From Albugo candida (Eukaryota), in NCBI GenBank assembly GCA_040437565.1, contig JBDOQK010000078.1, forward strand, positions 1 through 64,000: a DNA stretch of 64,000 nt, read 5' to 3'. A program made the translations under genes and the position numbers. Below are positions 33,614 to 45,470 of this stretch, one piece after another. Positions within the stretch are counted from its first letter, which is position 1. Each line of letters opens with the position of its first letter. Below the pieces are notes generated by a model that ran no database searches, was not told the origin of the DNA, and saw only the letters and a list, made by a program, of their open reading frames with translations.

Positions 33614-36356
33614 TGTCGAACGTGTAATTTGTCGTTCTCGAAGCGTGTTCTGGTGGAAATCCCTTCCTTGTCTATGTTTTTTCGATTTTTTTGTAGTATA
33701 CACCTACAAGATGAGTAGTCCATCAGATATACGTACATGATGGATAAGATTATCCATCCAGCTCATTTTCGTGTACAATGAGCAACTATATACATCACTT
33801 CATATTGACCAATGCATGCGTGACACGATCATTCCCTTGCCCAACGTGCCAATGAAATGACAGTCGCACTTGTCAGCAAACATTTTTACACGCTCATGCA
33901 GTACTTTGTTGGCTTCTTTGATCGTTTGTATATATGGTGAGATACTATTGGCGTTATTTCATTTTATTTGAGTAATCAGTATTTAGCAGATAGCGTCGAT
34001 TTTGTTCTTGTGAGCTCATCGCCCGAGATCGGAGAATTGGTCGGAAGGAAGGTATTCGCATTACTTCTTCGATCTGCGTACTTTTCCATAAGATTACGCT
34101 GTCATAATCATATTGAAGGCATTGTACAAAGCAGCCTGAGCGTAGCAACCTTGCATTTGCTCCGTAAAGGTACACGAGGTGGCTCGCGTTATCATGGAGA
34201 AAGAAAACTTTTGAGTCAATTGGATGACGCTCCTAGCTTCAATTTGCTTGCATGGTGACCCATACCATAACAACAATTTCTCATGCAGGACCAAAGAATT
34301 CCTCTCACATAAGAAACGCTGTTGACAACGAAGTTCAGACAGCTTTCATAAATTCACTAGATGTTAGCACCATTCTGTATAATGGGATGAGACAGCATAC
34401 GTAGGTGGAAGAACATACGACCTACATCTATGTTCAGTATAATTGGCGATGAGAGAAATCTAATCCATTTGCAGAAAATTCGAACGATGGTCAATAATCA
34501 TTGAGATATTTTCTTTGTGCACGAGAAAGCGATTTCCAAGCGATTTTCTAAAAGATCTTTTAGATCCCAACCAACTGAACTCTATCGTTTACGTGGTTGC
34601 CGGTAGTTAATCGCTTCAACTATCTATAGCCTAAATTTTCCAACTTGTTTGCTATCTCGATCATGTGCCATTACTTTGTTGTCCCAACAATGAAAAGAAG
34701 GCGAGGGCTAATCATCGCCTTTTTGCCGTTGCTCGCAATAGTTCTCATGGTTCCGATATACTCTGCCGTGCTCTTTGCCCGCTGCAAATACAGTTATTGA
34801 AGGGGATGAAGAAACCTTTCTTCGTTGTGGAAATGCGGATAAATAGTCAGTACAACAAACCAACATGATGATGTATTGAAAGCAACAAAAGGCTTTCATT
34901 CATGCGGCACATTTCTGAACTCGTCCTTTACCATTACAATGATATGCTCAGAATTGAGCAAGTCGTGGACACAGACGCCAGGCCTTCCGATATCATGACA
35001 TGATAAATGTGGACTTCATTGTTGTTATTGACCTGAGGAATGTGCGAGCGTTAACTCACCGCATTGTCAAGTCTTCCTTTGGGTCAAGCGGCTTTACAGC
35101 ACGTATTCTTGCAGTGAGCTTGTGCTAATTCGCTTCATGCCATGTAATTGGACACCCACCTCCATGAGCATTGAATTGAAAGGGGCCATCGTCAATGAAT
35201 AGTTCCGCCATATACAGAGTCAAAAATTGGATGGATTATGTCCACTTTATGGAATGCTTGTATCCATATGATTTGTGTCCGATCATACACTTGCCCGGGA
35301 GCAAACCTTCGATGTAAGGACACGAACAAAGTCTACAACGGCATCGGAACAAGATCATCGGGCTCTGGTAAATGAGCTGGTCTCTCGCCCATCCCCTGTC
35401 CGACCAAGTCTGATCCTAATCTTCTTGCCCAACAACTCAGTGTGTTACCTCTCTCTGTTTTCAAGTGCGCTCAACTTTAATCATTCGTTATGACTGCAGC
35501 CGAACTACACCGCTGCGTAACTCAACCCTTTAAATACCTAAAGAAATGGTTACAGTTCAAATGTCTAAGGCTGTGGTAGTAATCCCATTTCCACACATTT
35601 GTAAATGGTGACATTGATTTTCTGAGGCAACTTGCATACCATAGAAGTGTGTAAATTCGAAACGACTCGTGAGGATGTGCGATGATGCGCACAACGTACT
35701 GATCACTTATTGCTGCCATTCAAAAGGTCAAATTTCGGAATGCTTCTCCTTCCATAATTTCCCCATTTGCAAACTGCAGGAAGCATACAAAGTCTCTATT
35801 ATGTATATTACTCAGGTTTCTGATCACTTCTTGAAGGTTGTCCGTGTATTGGCCCTATGGATGCAGGTATAAAATGGGAGTGAATGTTGTCATGAGCATG
35901 TAATGAGCTATTGTCATCTTATGCGCACATAGGATTGGATGGGCAGTAGTAGCCCAACGAAAGAAACAGGAGACATCATTAGTATTTGAGCCCAAGCCTC
36001 CGTCGAATCTGTCGACATTCCATGCATTTGATGCGAATAACTGATACGGAAGGAATCAAGCAGTCATTTGGCTTCGCTCTATCGCAAATGCTTAAAGGAA
36101 GTGCACTTTGTAAATAAGTGTTTCGATTTTGGAATGAAATGATAAAGGGTATGCTATAATGCGTGTGATTATAGTTGGCAGGTTTAAATCAGTATACGCC
36201 CAGTAGCCTCTTGGTTCGTTTTGCAAAGTGCGCTTTAGTTTCTCGAAATAAAAACGGTTCCAGCTTACAAAAAAGCTCTTCGCGCGGGTCGTCTTTGGTA
36301 CACGATACAGCGCTTAAGAGCGTACTACAGGCAGATTACTTTATAGAGAGATTGTG

Positions 36357-39300
36357 ATGGAAGCACAAGTCTTGAAATCTCTACACAAAGTGCGCAAAAT
36401 CTGTCCACGAAGCCATCGGGAGGTTCGCGATTGTCTCGATGCCGCTATCGCGGGTTTCGAAAAACGAAAGAAAGAAGCAAACCCGTCATCATCAAACGGG
36501 TTGGAAGTGCCATTTGAGCCGTTTTTGCTTGCCGTCTTAACCCGTCATGGTAAATTAGTCGCTGTTGCGCTCGACGCGATAGAGAAATTCTTGGCGTTTG
36601 GATACCTTAAAACAAATGCAATCGTACCTGACAGCATTCGCAAACGTGTGACTCAGAAAACCAGCAGTTCTAGCATCACATCTAAAACCCGCTCCTTCCA
36701 AACGTCGAATGGGTCAAACGGGTTTTCACCTGGTGGACACACTTCGACCTCTTCCGAACCGTTAGGCACCGAATACAACTCACTTTATGATCCAAATAGC
36801 GGCCACACACCAATCAATCAAGAAAATTGGAAACTGATGGATTACATTATTCAAATCATCTGTAACTGCAACGATCACGCTGACGAAGCGGTTCAGCTCC
36901 AAGTTCTCCGTGTTTTATTAACCGCGGTCACGACCATAACATGTGAGGTGCACGAACAATCACTGTTGAAAGTGATACGTGCATGTTATCATATCCACTT
37001 AATATCGAAAAATGGAACCAATCAAACAATCGCAAAAGCCACCCTCCAACAAATCATATCCATCATTTTTCAAAGAATGGAAAATTTCGATCAACGTGTC
37101 CAACAAGAAACAAAATTACAATTCCAGTCAACTCCTGCACAATTCATTGAAAACTGCTTTCCAGTGTCTCCCGAAACGCGTCCATCGTCTCCTCTGCCAC
37201 CAGAAATCCCCTCTCAATGGATTGGGAACTCCATGTACCCTTCCGTGGCCGCGCTATTCCATTTTGAGTTTCCATCGACGCCATCGTTTGTCGTTCGTCC
37301 ATCTCAATCGTCATTCTCTTCCGTTCTCCACAAAGACGCTTTCCTTCTCTTCCGCTCCTTATGTCGTATTTCCATGCGATCGATCGCTGAAGATGCGTCA
37401 TTTTCGACCAATGTGCCTTCGAATCCTTCGACACCGACGCCATTAACCGCTTCCAATGTCACACACAATTGTAACGACGATCCATTCGCTTTCCAAAGCA
37501 AAATCTTATCGCTAGAACTCGTGTTATTTATCATCAATCACGCAGGTCCTTCCTTCCGTCAAGGTGATCGATTCATCCATGCAATCCGTCAATATTTATG
37601 TCAATCGCTCTTACAAAATTGCACTTCCAACAACACGAATATCGTCGGATTATCGCTTCAATTGTTTTTGATACTCATTCAGCACTTCAAACGCTTTCTT
37701 CGCGCGGAAATTGAGATTTTCATCACATCCGTTTTTCTTCGATTACTCCAAAGTGAGAATTCGAGTTTCGACCACAAAATGCTCGTTCTTCAAGTCCTTC
37801 ACACCGTATGTGAAGATGCAGCATTTCTGGGGGAGATATTTCTCAATTACGACTGCGATTGGGTCAGTTCCGATCTCTTCCGATCGATTGTCGATGTCCT
37901 CGCTCGTGTCGCGAAAGGAAAAAGTCAGCGGGAATTTCAATCATCGTATGGTCATTTATCGTCAAGCGCGCGACAGAAAATGATACAAAATGATTCAGCA
38001 ATCACAATCAAAGGATTAGAATGTCTCACTGCAATCGCTGGATCCCTCAAGAAAGCAGCACATTGTATCGATACCCAAGTCAATTGTCCAATTGTCAATA
38101 TCGAAAAAGAGACCATTTTCGAGCCTGAAGACGTACTTCCATCCGTCTCGGCAATCAACGCCATCGAAGCGTTTGATCGTAAGAAAAAACGACAAGAGGA
38201 AATCGCGACGGGTATTCTTAAATTCAATGTCAAACCTGCAGCTGGAATCCAATTTCTCGTCGAACGCGGCCATCTCGAAAGCGATCCGAAATCTGTGGCA
38301 CTATTTCTTTTGAATTATAATTCGAAATTGGACAAAACTGAAATTGGCGAATTTCTTGGACGCGAGCCCGCGTATCAGAACGGATATTGTATCAAGATCC
38401 TCCACGAATTTGTCGATCTTTTGGATTTTTCCAATTTAGAAATTGATCTCGCAATTCGTCATTTTCTATCGAAATTTCGGCTTCCTGGTGAGTCACAGAA
38501 AATCGATCGAATTATGGAAAAATTTGCCGAACGATATTTTCAACATTGTGGTGCAAATGTGTTTCCAAGCGCCGATACCGCATTCATATTATCATTTTCA
38601 ATCATAATGCTCCAAACTGATTTGCATAATCCGAGTGTCGTGGAAGAGAAGAAGATGGATAAAGCGAGTTTCATACGCAATAATCGTGGAATCAATAATG
38701 GACAGGATCTTCCTGAGGAATATTTGGGTGGTATTTACGATCGAATAAAAGCTCTGCCGATTTCATTGAAAGAAGACGATGAATTTCGTGCGAAAAATGA
38801 TCTCAATAGTGTATCAAAACGCCCAATTTCCGGTGGGAATTCCTTCTTTGGAGCATCCAGTGCATTGAATGATCGAATGAGAAGAGATGCGTATTCACGC
38901 GAGCGAGAAACCATGGTCAGACAATCGGAATTACTGTTTAAACGTCGAAATCCTGCAATTCATTCGCCACACGAAAGTAATGGCAAAGCGAATTTATCGA
39001 AAATGTATCAGGAACTCGATCAATTAGCGGGTCCGTGTCATGTGCGTCCCATGTTTGAGACGCTTTGGGCGCCGCTATTAGCGTGTTGTTCCGTTGTATT
39101 CGAATCGACTGATGCGTCTGTGGCGATCGACTTGTGTTTAAATGCATTCAAAGATGCAATTCATTTGTCTTCTCGTCTTGAAATGGCAGCGGAACGTGAC
39201 GCATTTGTGACTGTATTATCGAAATTCACAGCACTCCATACGATCGGATCTCGAGCTATTCGTCTGAAGAATATCGACGCGATCAAAGCGTTGATTTCCA

Positions 39301-42300
39301 TCAGTGTGAAAGAAGGCAACTTCCTCATGGACGCGTGGCGTGATATTCTTCAATGTATTTCGCAATTAGCGAAAATCCAGCTTCATGGAATTGGAGCGGA
39401 AGCCGAGTTTTTCGGATCGCCTGTGAGTAAGAAATCAATTACATCGCCACATCCAATCGCAGTTGCAACCGCCACAGACGATCGGATCGCAGTGGAGAAT
39501 GAAAATGCAGCACGAATTCTTGAGGAAATTGACTCACTTGCAACTGATCGCGTGTTTAGCAGCTCGATGCATCTCAATGACACTGCGGTCCGGGAATTCA
39601 TCCAACAATTGTGTGTGGTATCTCTCAGCGAATGCTCGGGAATCAGTAATAATCGTGTCGCCATTCCGCCTCGAAATACGGATTCCAATGNNNNNNNNNN
39701 NNNNNNNNNNNNNNNNNNNNNNNNNNNNNNNNNNNNNNNNNNNNNNNNNNNNNNNNNNNNNNNNNNNNNNNNNNNNNNNNNNNNNNNNNNAAATTGACTC
39801 ACTTGCAACTGATCGCGTGTTTAGCAGCTCGATGCATCTCAATGACACTGCGGTCCAGGAATTCATCCAACAATTGTGTGTGGTATCTCTCAGCGAATGC
39901 TCGGGAATCAGTAATAATCGTGTCGCCATTCCGCCTCGAAATACGGATTCCAATGTAAATTCCCAATTTTCAAGCTTTCCTCGCGTGTATTGTCTCCAGA
40001 AATTGGTCGAAGTTGCTGATATGAATATGCATACGCGATCGCGTGTCGTGTGGGCCAGCATGTGGAAGGTGCTTTCCAGGCATTTCACGACCATTGGGTG
40101 TCATGAGAATTTGTCCGTTGCAATGTATGCGATCGATTCTCTCAAACAGCTCAGTATGAAGTTTTTAGAGCGCGAAGAGCTCAAAGACTTTAATTTTCAA
40201 CGACTTTTTCTCACTCCATTTGAAGTCGTTATGGCAAATGCATCGAATTTGGAGATACGTGAACTCGTCCTTCGTTGCGTGGAGAATATGATTCTCGCTC
40301 GAGTTGGGAATATAAAATCGGGTTGGAAGACCATTTGGGCTGTTCTTCGGGTTGCTGCAGAGACGTACGATCCATTCGGAGGCGAAAAAGAACGTGATAT
40401 CATTCGATTAGGCTTTCGAATTGCCAAGCAAAGTCTCACGGATCATTTGTGTCGGATGATGGATGTGTTCGTTGACGCGGTCGAATGTGTCCTGGCTTTT
40501 GCTGTGTGCCAAGATGAAGGCCAGGAGCTTCTGGAGAAAAGTGTTGAGTGTGTGGAGCTTTTGGAATGCGTTTGTTTCGAGGAATTGGCTTTAGGGAATG
40601 TGAATGTGACGGAAAAAGAGAGTCACGGGAAACGAATTGCATTTCGGAAAAAAACGTTTGGAAAGGAACTCAAAGGTGAAAAGCGATACGAAAAGAAAGA
40701 GAGTTTGGGATTGTTGGAGACGGAAATTGACGCAGCGAGCAGAAGGCTTTTGAGGTCGAGTGTCGGGCGAGCGGCCGGGATTGATGCAGCGACCAGTGGA
40801 TCGGAGGGGTTGGATGCGTCGGTGGGTATCGATGCAGCGACCTGTAGATTGGAAGGGCTGGAGGCATCGGCCGGAATGGATGCGGCGACCAGCAAAGTGG
40901 AAGATACAGCGACCTGTCGATTGGAGGCGCCGGTCGGGATCGATGCAGGGACCAAAGGATGGGACGGGTTTAGTGATACGGTTCGTGGGACAGAGATGGA
41001 ATTGAAGACGTGCGGTTCATTGCGGTTTAAACCGGAGGAGCAGTATGGAGCAGATGAAAGCGGAGTGTATACGGATTCTGCTGCGCATTTGAGGCTGTGG
41101 TGGCCGGTGCTCACAGCATTGGCGACGTTGGCAGCTGATCGACGATTGGATGTTCGGTGGATGGCGTTGCATGCACTATTTGATGCGTTGAAGAAGCACG
41201 GTCTGCAGTTCTCGCGTAGGTTATGGTCGATGATTTTTCGAGGCGTTTTGATTCCGCTTCTGCACGATATACAGCTTGCTGAACTTGACGATCATGAGGA
41301 GCCTAGATTGAAGGTGCAGGCGACATTGGAACGATGCTGGAACGCATCGCAGACAACCGCACAAACTCGAGCAGATCACTGTTTATCGCCGACAAATGCG
41401 GAGACGCAATGGAGAGACAACACACTCGTTAGTGCGACATCGACAATGTGCCTTGANNNNNNNNNNNNNNNNNNNNNNNNNNNNNNNNNNNNNNNNNNNN
41501 NNNNNNNNNNNNNNNNNNNNNNNNNNNNNNNNNNNNNNNNNNNNNNNNNNNNNNNNGGTTCGTGGGACAGAGATGGAATTGAAGACGTGCGGTTCATTGC
41601 GGTTTAAACCGGAGGAGCAGTATGGAGCAGATGAAAGCGGAGTGTATACGGATTCTGCTGCGCATTTGAGGCTGTGGTGGCCGGTGCTCACAGCATTGGC
41701 GACGTTGGCAGCTGATCGACGATTGGATGTTCGGTGGATGGCGTTGCATGCACTATTTGATGCGTTGAAGAAGCACGGTCTGCAGTTCTCGCGTAGGTTA
41801 TGGTCGATGATTTTTCGAGGCGTTTTGATTCCGCTTCTGCACGATATACAGCTTGCTGAACTTGACGATCATGAGGAGCCTAGATTGAAGGTGCAGGCGA
41901 CATTGGAACGATGCTGGAACGCATCGCAGACAACCGCACAAACTCGAGCAGATCACTGTTTATCGCCGACAAATGCGGAGACGCAATGGAGAGACAACAC
42001 ACTCGTTAGTGCGACATCGACAATGTGCCTTGAACGTTTGTTGGATCTGTTTGGGACCTTTTATGATCGTATAGGATTCCTTCCCGAAGTTATTTTTGTA
42101 CTTGGAAATTGTATGGAGGAAAATGAAGAATTAGCGGTGGCTGCTGCGACCGCATTGGAGCAAATGTTGGTGGTACACGGTCCCAATTTCCCCGAAAACG
42201 TGTGGGGGCTCATTGCCGATGAGTTGTGTGCGGTTATGATGCGAATAACACCAGCGTGGACCGCTGCACCGGCTACAAAAGCGGTCATTTCTATGTACCC

Positions 42301-43697
42301 AAATGTGATTTCGCAGTTGGAATTACAATTTTCCAGCAATGATAATATGCTCGAAGATCGCCATCAGGTCTCAAGTAAAACGCATCTAATCGTGTTATTG
42401 GCACTGCAAAAGATATTTGGGCGCGTAGTAAGTGCGTTTGTAAAAGGGAAAGTGAGGCTGGTCGACGCACACGCAAGCAATTTGTTACGGTGTTTGAAAC
42501 AGAGTTATGTGAGCTGTGAATTTTTAAATCGAAATATTGAAATGCGAAGGCAACTGTCTGCCAAAGGATGGAAGTATGGTGTGGATGGGAGGGATGACGT
42601 GGTTCCAAATGTTTTCTTACAAGAAGTTGAAGGGAAATTAGCGTATGGAAAAGTTCTGTTTGACCGAATACTCAAGAACAAAAAACGAGATGAGGCCAGA
42701 AACGAGTTGAGTGTACTATTGAGGGAAAGCATGCAGGAATATTTGGTGTGGAGTGGTGTGTGGCCCGCGGAAGAAATGGAAGAGCGTATGGGAGGAAAAA
42801 AAGCGATGCAAGTGGATGCAAGCGTTTGTGTGATGCGTTACCAGCGTTTCTGGGTCTGCATGCTTTNNNNNNNNNNNNNNNNNNNNNNNNNNNNNNNNNN
42901 NNNNNNNNNNNNNNNNNNNNNNNNNNNNNNNNNNNNNNNNNNNNNNNNNNNNNNNNNNNNNNNNNNTCAAGTAAAACGCATCTAATCGTGTTATTGGCAC
43001 TGCAAAAGATATTTGGGCGCGTAGTAAGTGCGTTTGTAAAAGGGAAAGTGAGGCTGGTCGACGCACACGCAAGCAATTTGTTACGGTGTTTGAAACAGAG
43101 TTATGTGAGCTGTGAATTTTTAAATCGAAATATTGAAATGCGAAGGCAACTGTCTGCCAAAGGATGGAAGTATGGTGTGGATGGGAGGGATGACGTGGTT
43201 CCAAATGTTTTCTTACAAGAAGTTGAAGGGAAATTAGCGTATGGAAAAGTTCTGTTTGACCGAATACTCAAGAACAAAAAACGAGATGAGGCCAGAAACG
43301 AGTTGAGTGTACTATTGAGGGAAAGCATGCAGGAATATTTGGTGTGGAGTGGTGTGTGGCCCGCGGAAGAAATGGAAGAGCGTATGGGAGGAAAAAAAGC
43401 GATGCAAGTGGATGCAAGCGTTTGTGTGATGCGTTACCAGCGTTTCTGGGTCTGCATGCTTTCAAGATTGGCTCAATTACAAAAGCATGAGGTGAGCGCT
43501 GTGTGTGGAACTGTGTATTCTTATAATGTACGAAATATGGTGTATGTGTTTTGTAGCTGGAAGTCTATTTGTTCTGGTTGTATCCTCTATTAAATGATCT
43601 TATCAAAGTGGACGATGTAGAGGTTCGGAAAGCTTTAGTTGCTATCTACCAGCAAGGCATCGTGCAATTTTTACCAATCGAATATAACCAAAAGTAA
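36357..43697 (+). CDS. BIG: BIG/Sec7-family large ARF guanine nucleotide exchange factor
   Basis: DCB and HUS regions (FLNYDCD), Sec7 domain FRLPGESQKIDRIMEKFAERY..LQTDLHNP, HDS regions (MYAIDSLKQLSMKFLE..FNFQRLFLTPF, NIKSGWK). Split only by three duplicated-flank gaps. GT-AG intron 43492-43556; last exon LEVYLFWLYPLLNDLI..EVRKAL..YNQK* ends at 43697. Confidence 0.96.
40770..40965 (+). repeat. In-frame degenerate ~48-bp coding repeat inside BIG
   Basis: GIDAATSGSEGLDASV / GIDAATCRLEGLEASA / GMDAATSKVED..TATCRLEAPV / GIDAGTKGWDG. Confidence 0.85.
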
Positions 43698-43779
43698 AGG
43701 TATATAAACAAAAAAGGTTTTTACGATACGGTCCATACACAGATCTATTCAGTACGTCATTTGCAGCCACCAGTCGACA

Positions 43780-44694
43780 ATGGGGAAGCATTACATTTCG
43801 CACTCGGCGCTTCTTTTGATCCAGGCGCTTTTCAGCGCGAACGCCACGCCCTCCATTGATCTTGACAAAATGAATTTTGGCTCGGCGTGTGAGGTGAAAC
43901 ACTGTACCTCTAAAGAAACACCCGTTCCAATAAAGTACGTTTTCATGATTGCAACTTTGCATTCTACTGTTATTTTTTGTATACAGAGACTACGTGTTTA
44001 CTTCTAATGGTTGTGGGATGGCCGGTGCACCTATGAAAGGTTACGAATTTCTATCGGATTGTTGTGATCTGCATGATGCGGTATGTATACGTATATCTTT
44101 ATGCATTGGCTCATGTCACGTGACCCAATCAAAATGTAGTGTTACAGCGTTTGTGGTATAACCAAAGCGTACTGTGATTCAAGCTTGAAAAAATGTATGA
44201 CCGAAAACTGTGACGGGGTTACGGACAAGAAAAAGAAAAAAAAGTGTGATCGCGCGTTGAGTATCTATAACCTCGGAGCCAAGCTTGTCGGCTGCCCTGC
44301 GTTTACTGCAGCGCAGAAAGAAGCGTGCTACTGTGTGCCAAAAGCGAACGACGCGGCCGCTTATAAAGAGCGATTACTGCATTTTCTCCAGAAACACGCC
44401 GACTCGGAAGAGAAAAAGACCGAAGAAGCAGTGGACAAGCTGTTGAAGAAACACAAAGGGAAGGAAGCAAAGCTTTTTTACCGATTGGTCAAAAAGTATA
44501 CCGGCTCTATCCTTCTCGATAATGGCAAAAAGAATTTCATGTCAAAATTGATGCAAGACATGCCGAACTTAATGAAAGCAAACGACGATTCCGAGACCGA
44601 TGAAGATTCCGATGAAGATGAAGTAGACCAAGTGGAAGAGAATGCCGAAACCGATGAAGATGGGGCAGACCAAGTGGAGCACGCAGAGCTGTAA
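43780..44694 (+). CDS. Group XII-like secretory phospholipase A2 with C-terminal HAEL
   Basis: Exons 43780-43934, 43987-44080 and 44140-44694 (GT-AG introns) join in frame. Signal peptide, SNGCG, CCDLHDACYSVCGITKAYCD..KKCM (HD catalytic pair), helical RLLHFLQKH..KHKGKEAKLFYRLVKKY domain, acidic tail, HAEL*. Confidence 0.88.
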
Positions 44695-44706
44695 TTTCGT
44701 AGTAGC

Positions 44707-45176
44707 TTACTCATGCGCATGATCGCTAATGTACTCGGGTTTCAGCATGTTGATCCCGTACTCCTTTAAACTGAATAAAATGAAATGGAGAGGTTTAGTA
44801 CGGTATACGGTTGCATGACGGTATACGTTCCACCTGACGACGAGATCTTCTATTGTTAATACAGCGACAGACGATTCAAGATTGGATGATTTCTGCGCTG
44901 TATCATTCTCGGTACGGAGTCGCTGATATTGCATAGTGTCCTGCATGACGTCGAGTAAGAATTTATGCGCTGCTAAAGCGATCAAGCGTATACTATGTAT
45001 ACGAAGTGAGGTAATCACACGACCAGAGAGCGTGTACGTACGTACATTCGCGGGTCATCTGAAGTAAACCCAACCTGGTGCAGGTAATGCTCCACGAGTT
45101 TCTCTGGTACAATAGGCGTATAATTGTTCAGAACTTCTAATAAATCTGCGAGTTGCTTCAAACTTTGCATTTGCAT
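44707..45176 (-). CDS. TAF10: TFIID subunit 10
   Basis: Exons 45176-45046, 44992-44834 and 44770-44707 give MQMQSLKQLADLLEVLNNYTPIVPEKLVEHYLHQVGFTSDDPRIIRLIALAAHKFLLDV..VLTIEDLVVSLKEYGINMLKPEY, the TAF10 histone-fold signature. Confidence 0.93.
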
Positions 45177-45470
45177 GGTGGGAGAGTATCAGATATCGAT
45201 GCTGCGATTGGCTGCAATTGGAGGAGAAATGTGCCGAATAGAGAGTGCTAAATAAGAATAAGTCCAGCATTCCAACAGTAATGTACCGAACTTAAAGAGA
45301 GTCGTCACCAACGTATGTCTACTCAACAATGAAGAAAAGACGCGCTGTAACCAAAAATCAAATGCTTACATTGCGTATGGTATATCGTCTCAAATAAAGA
45401 ACGTGCTCTTTACGGTGTTTGTCGAAAAGTAGGATTAAGTAACATTTAGCGTTCTGCTCAGTAAGAAAAA

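Noticed and set aside
39531-43466. Apparent tandem duplications or multiple ORFs within BIG
   Set aside because: Each duplicate abuts a 100-N gap and is near-identical; merging the overlaps gives one continuous frame.
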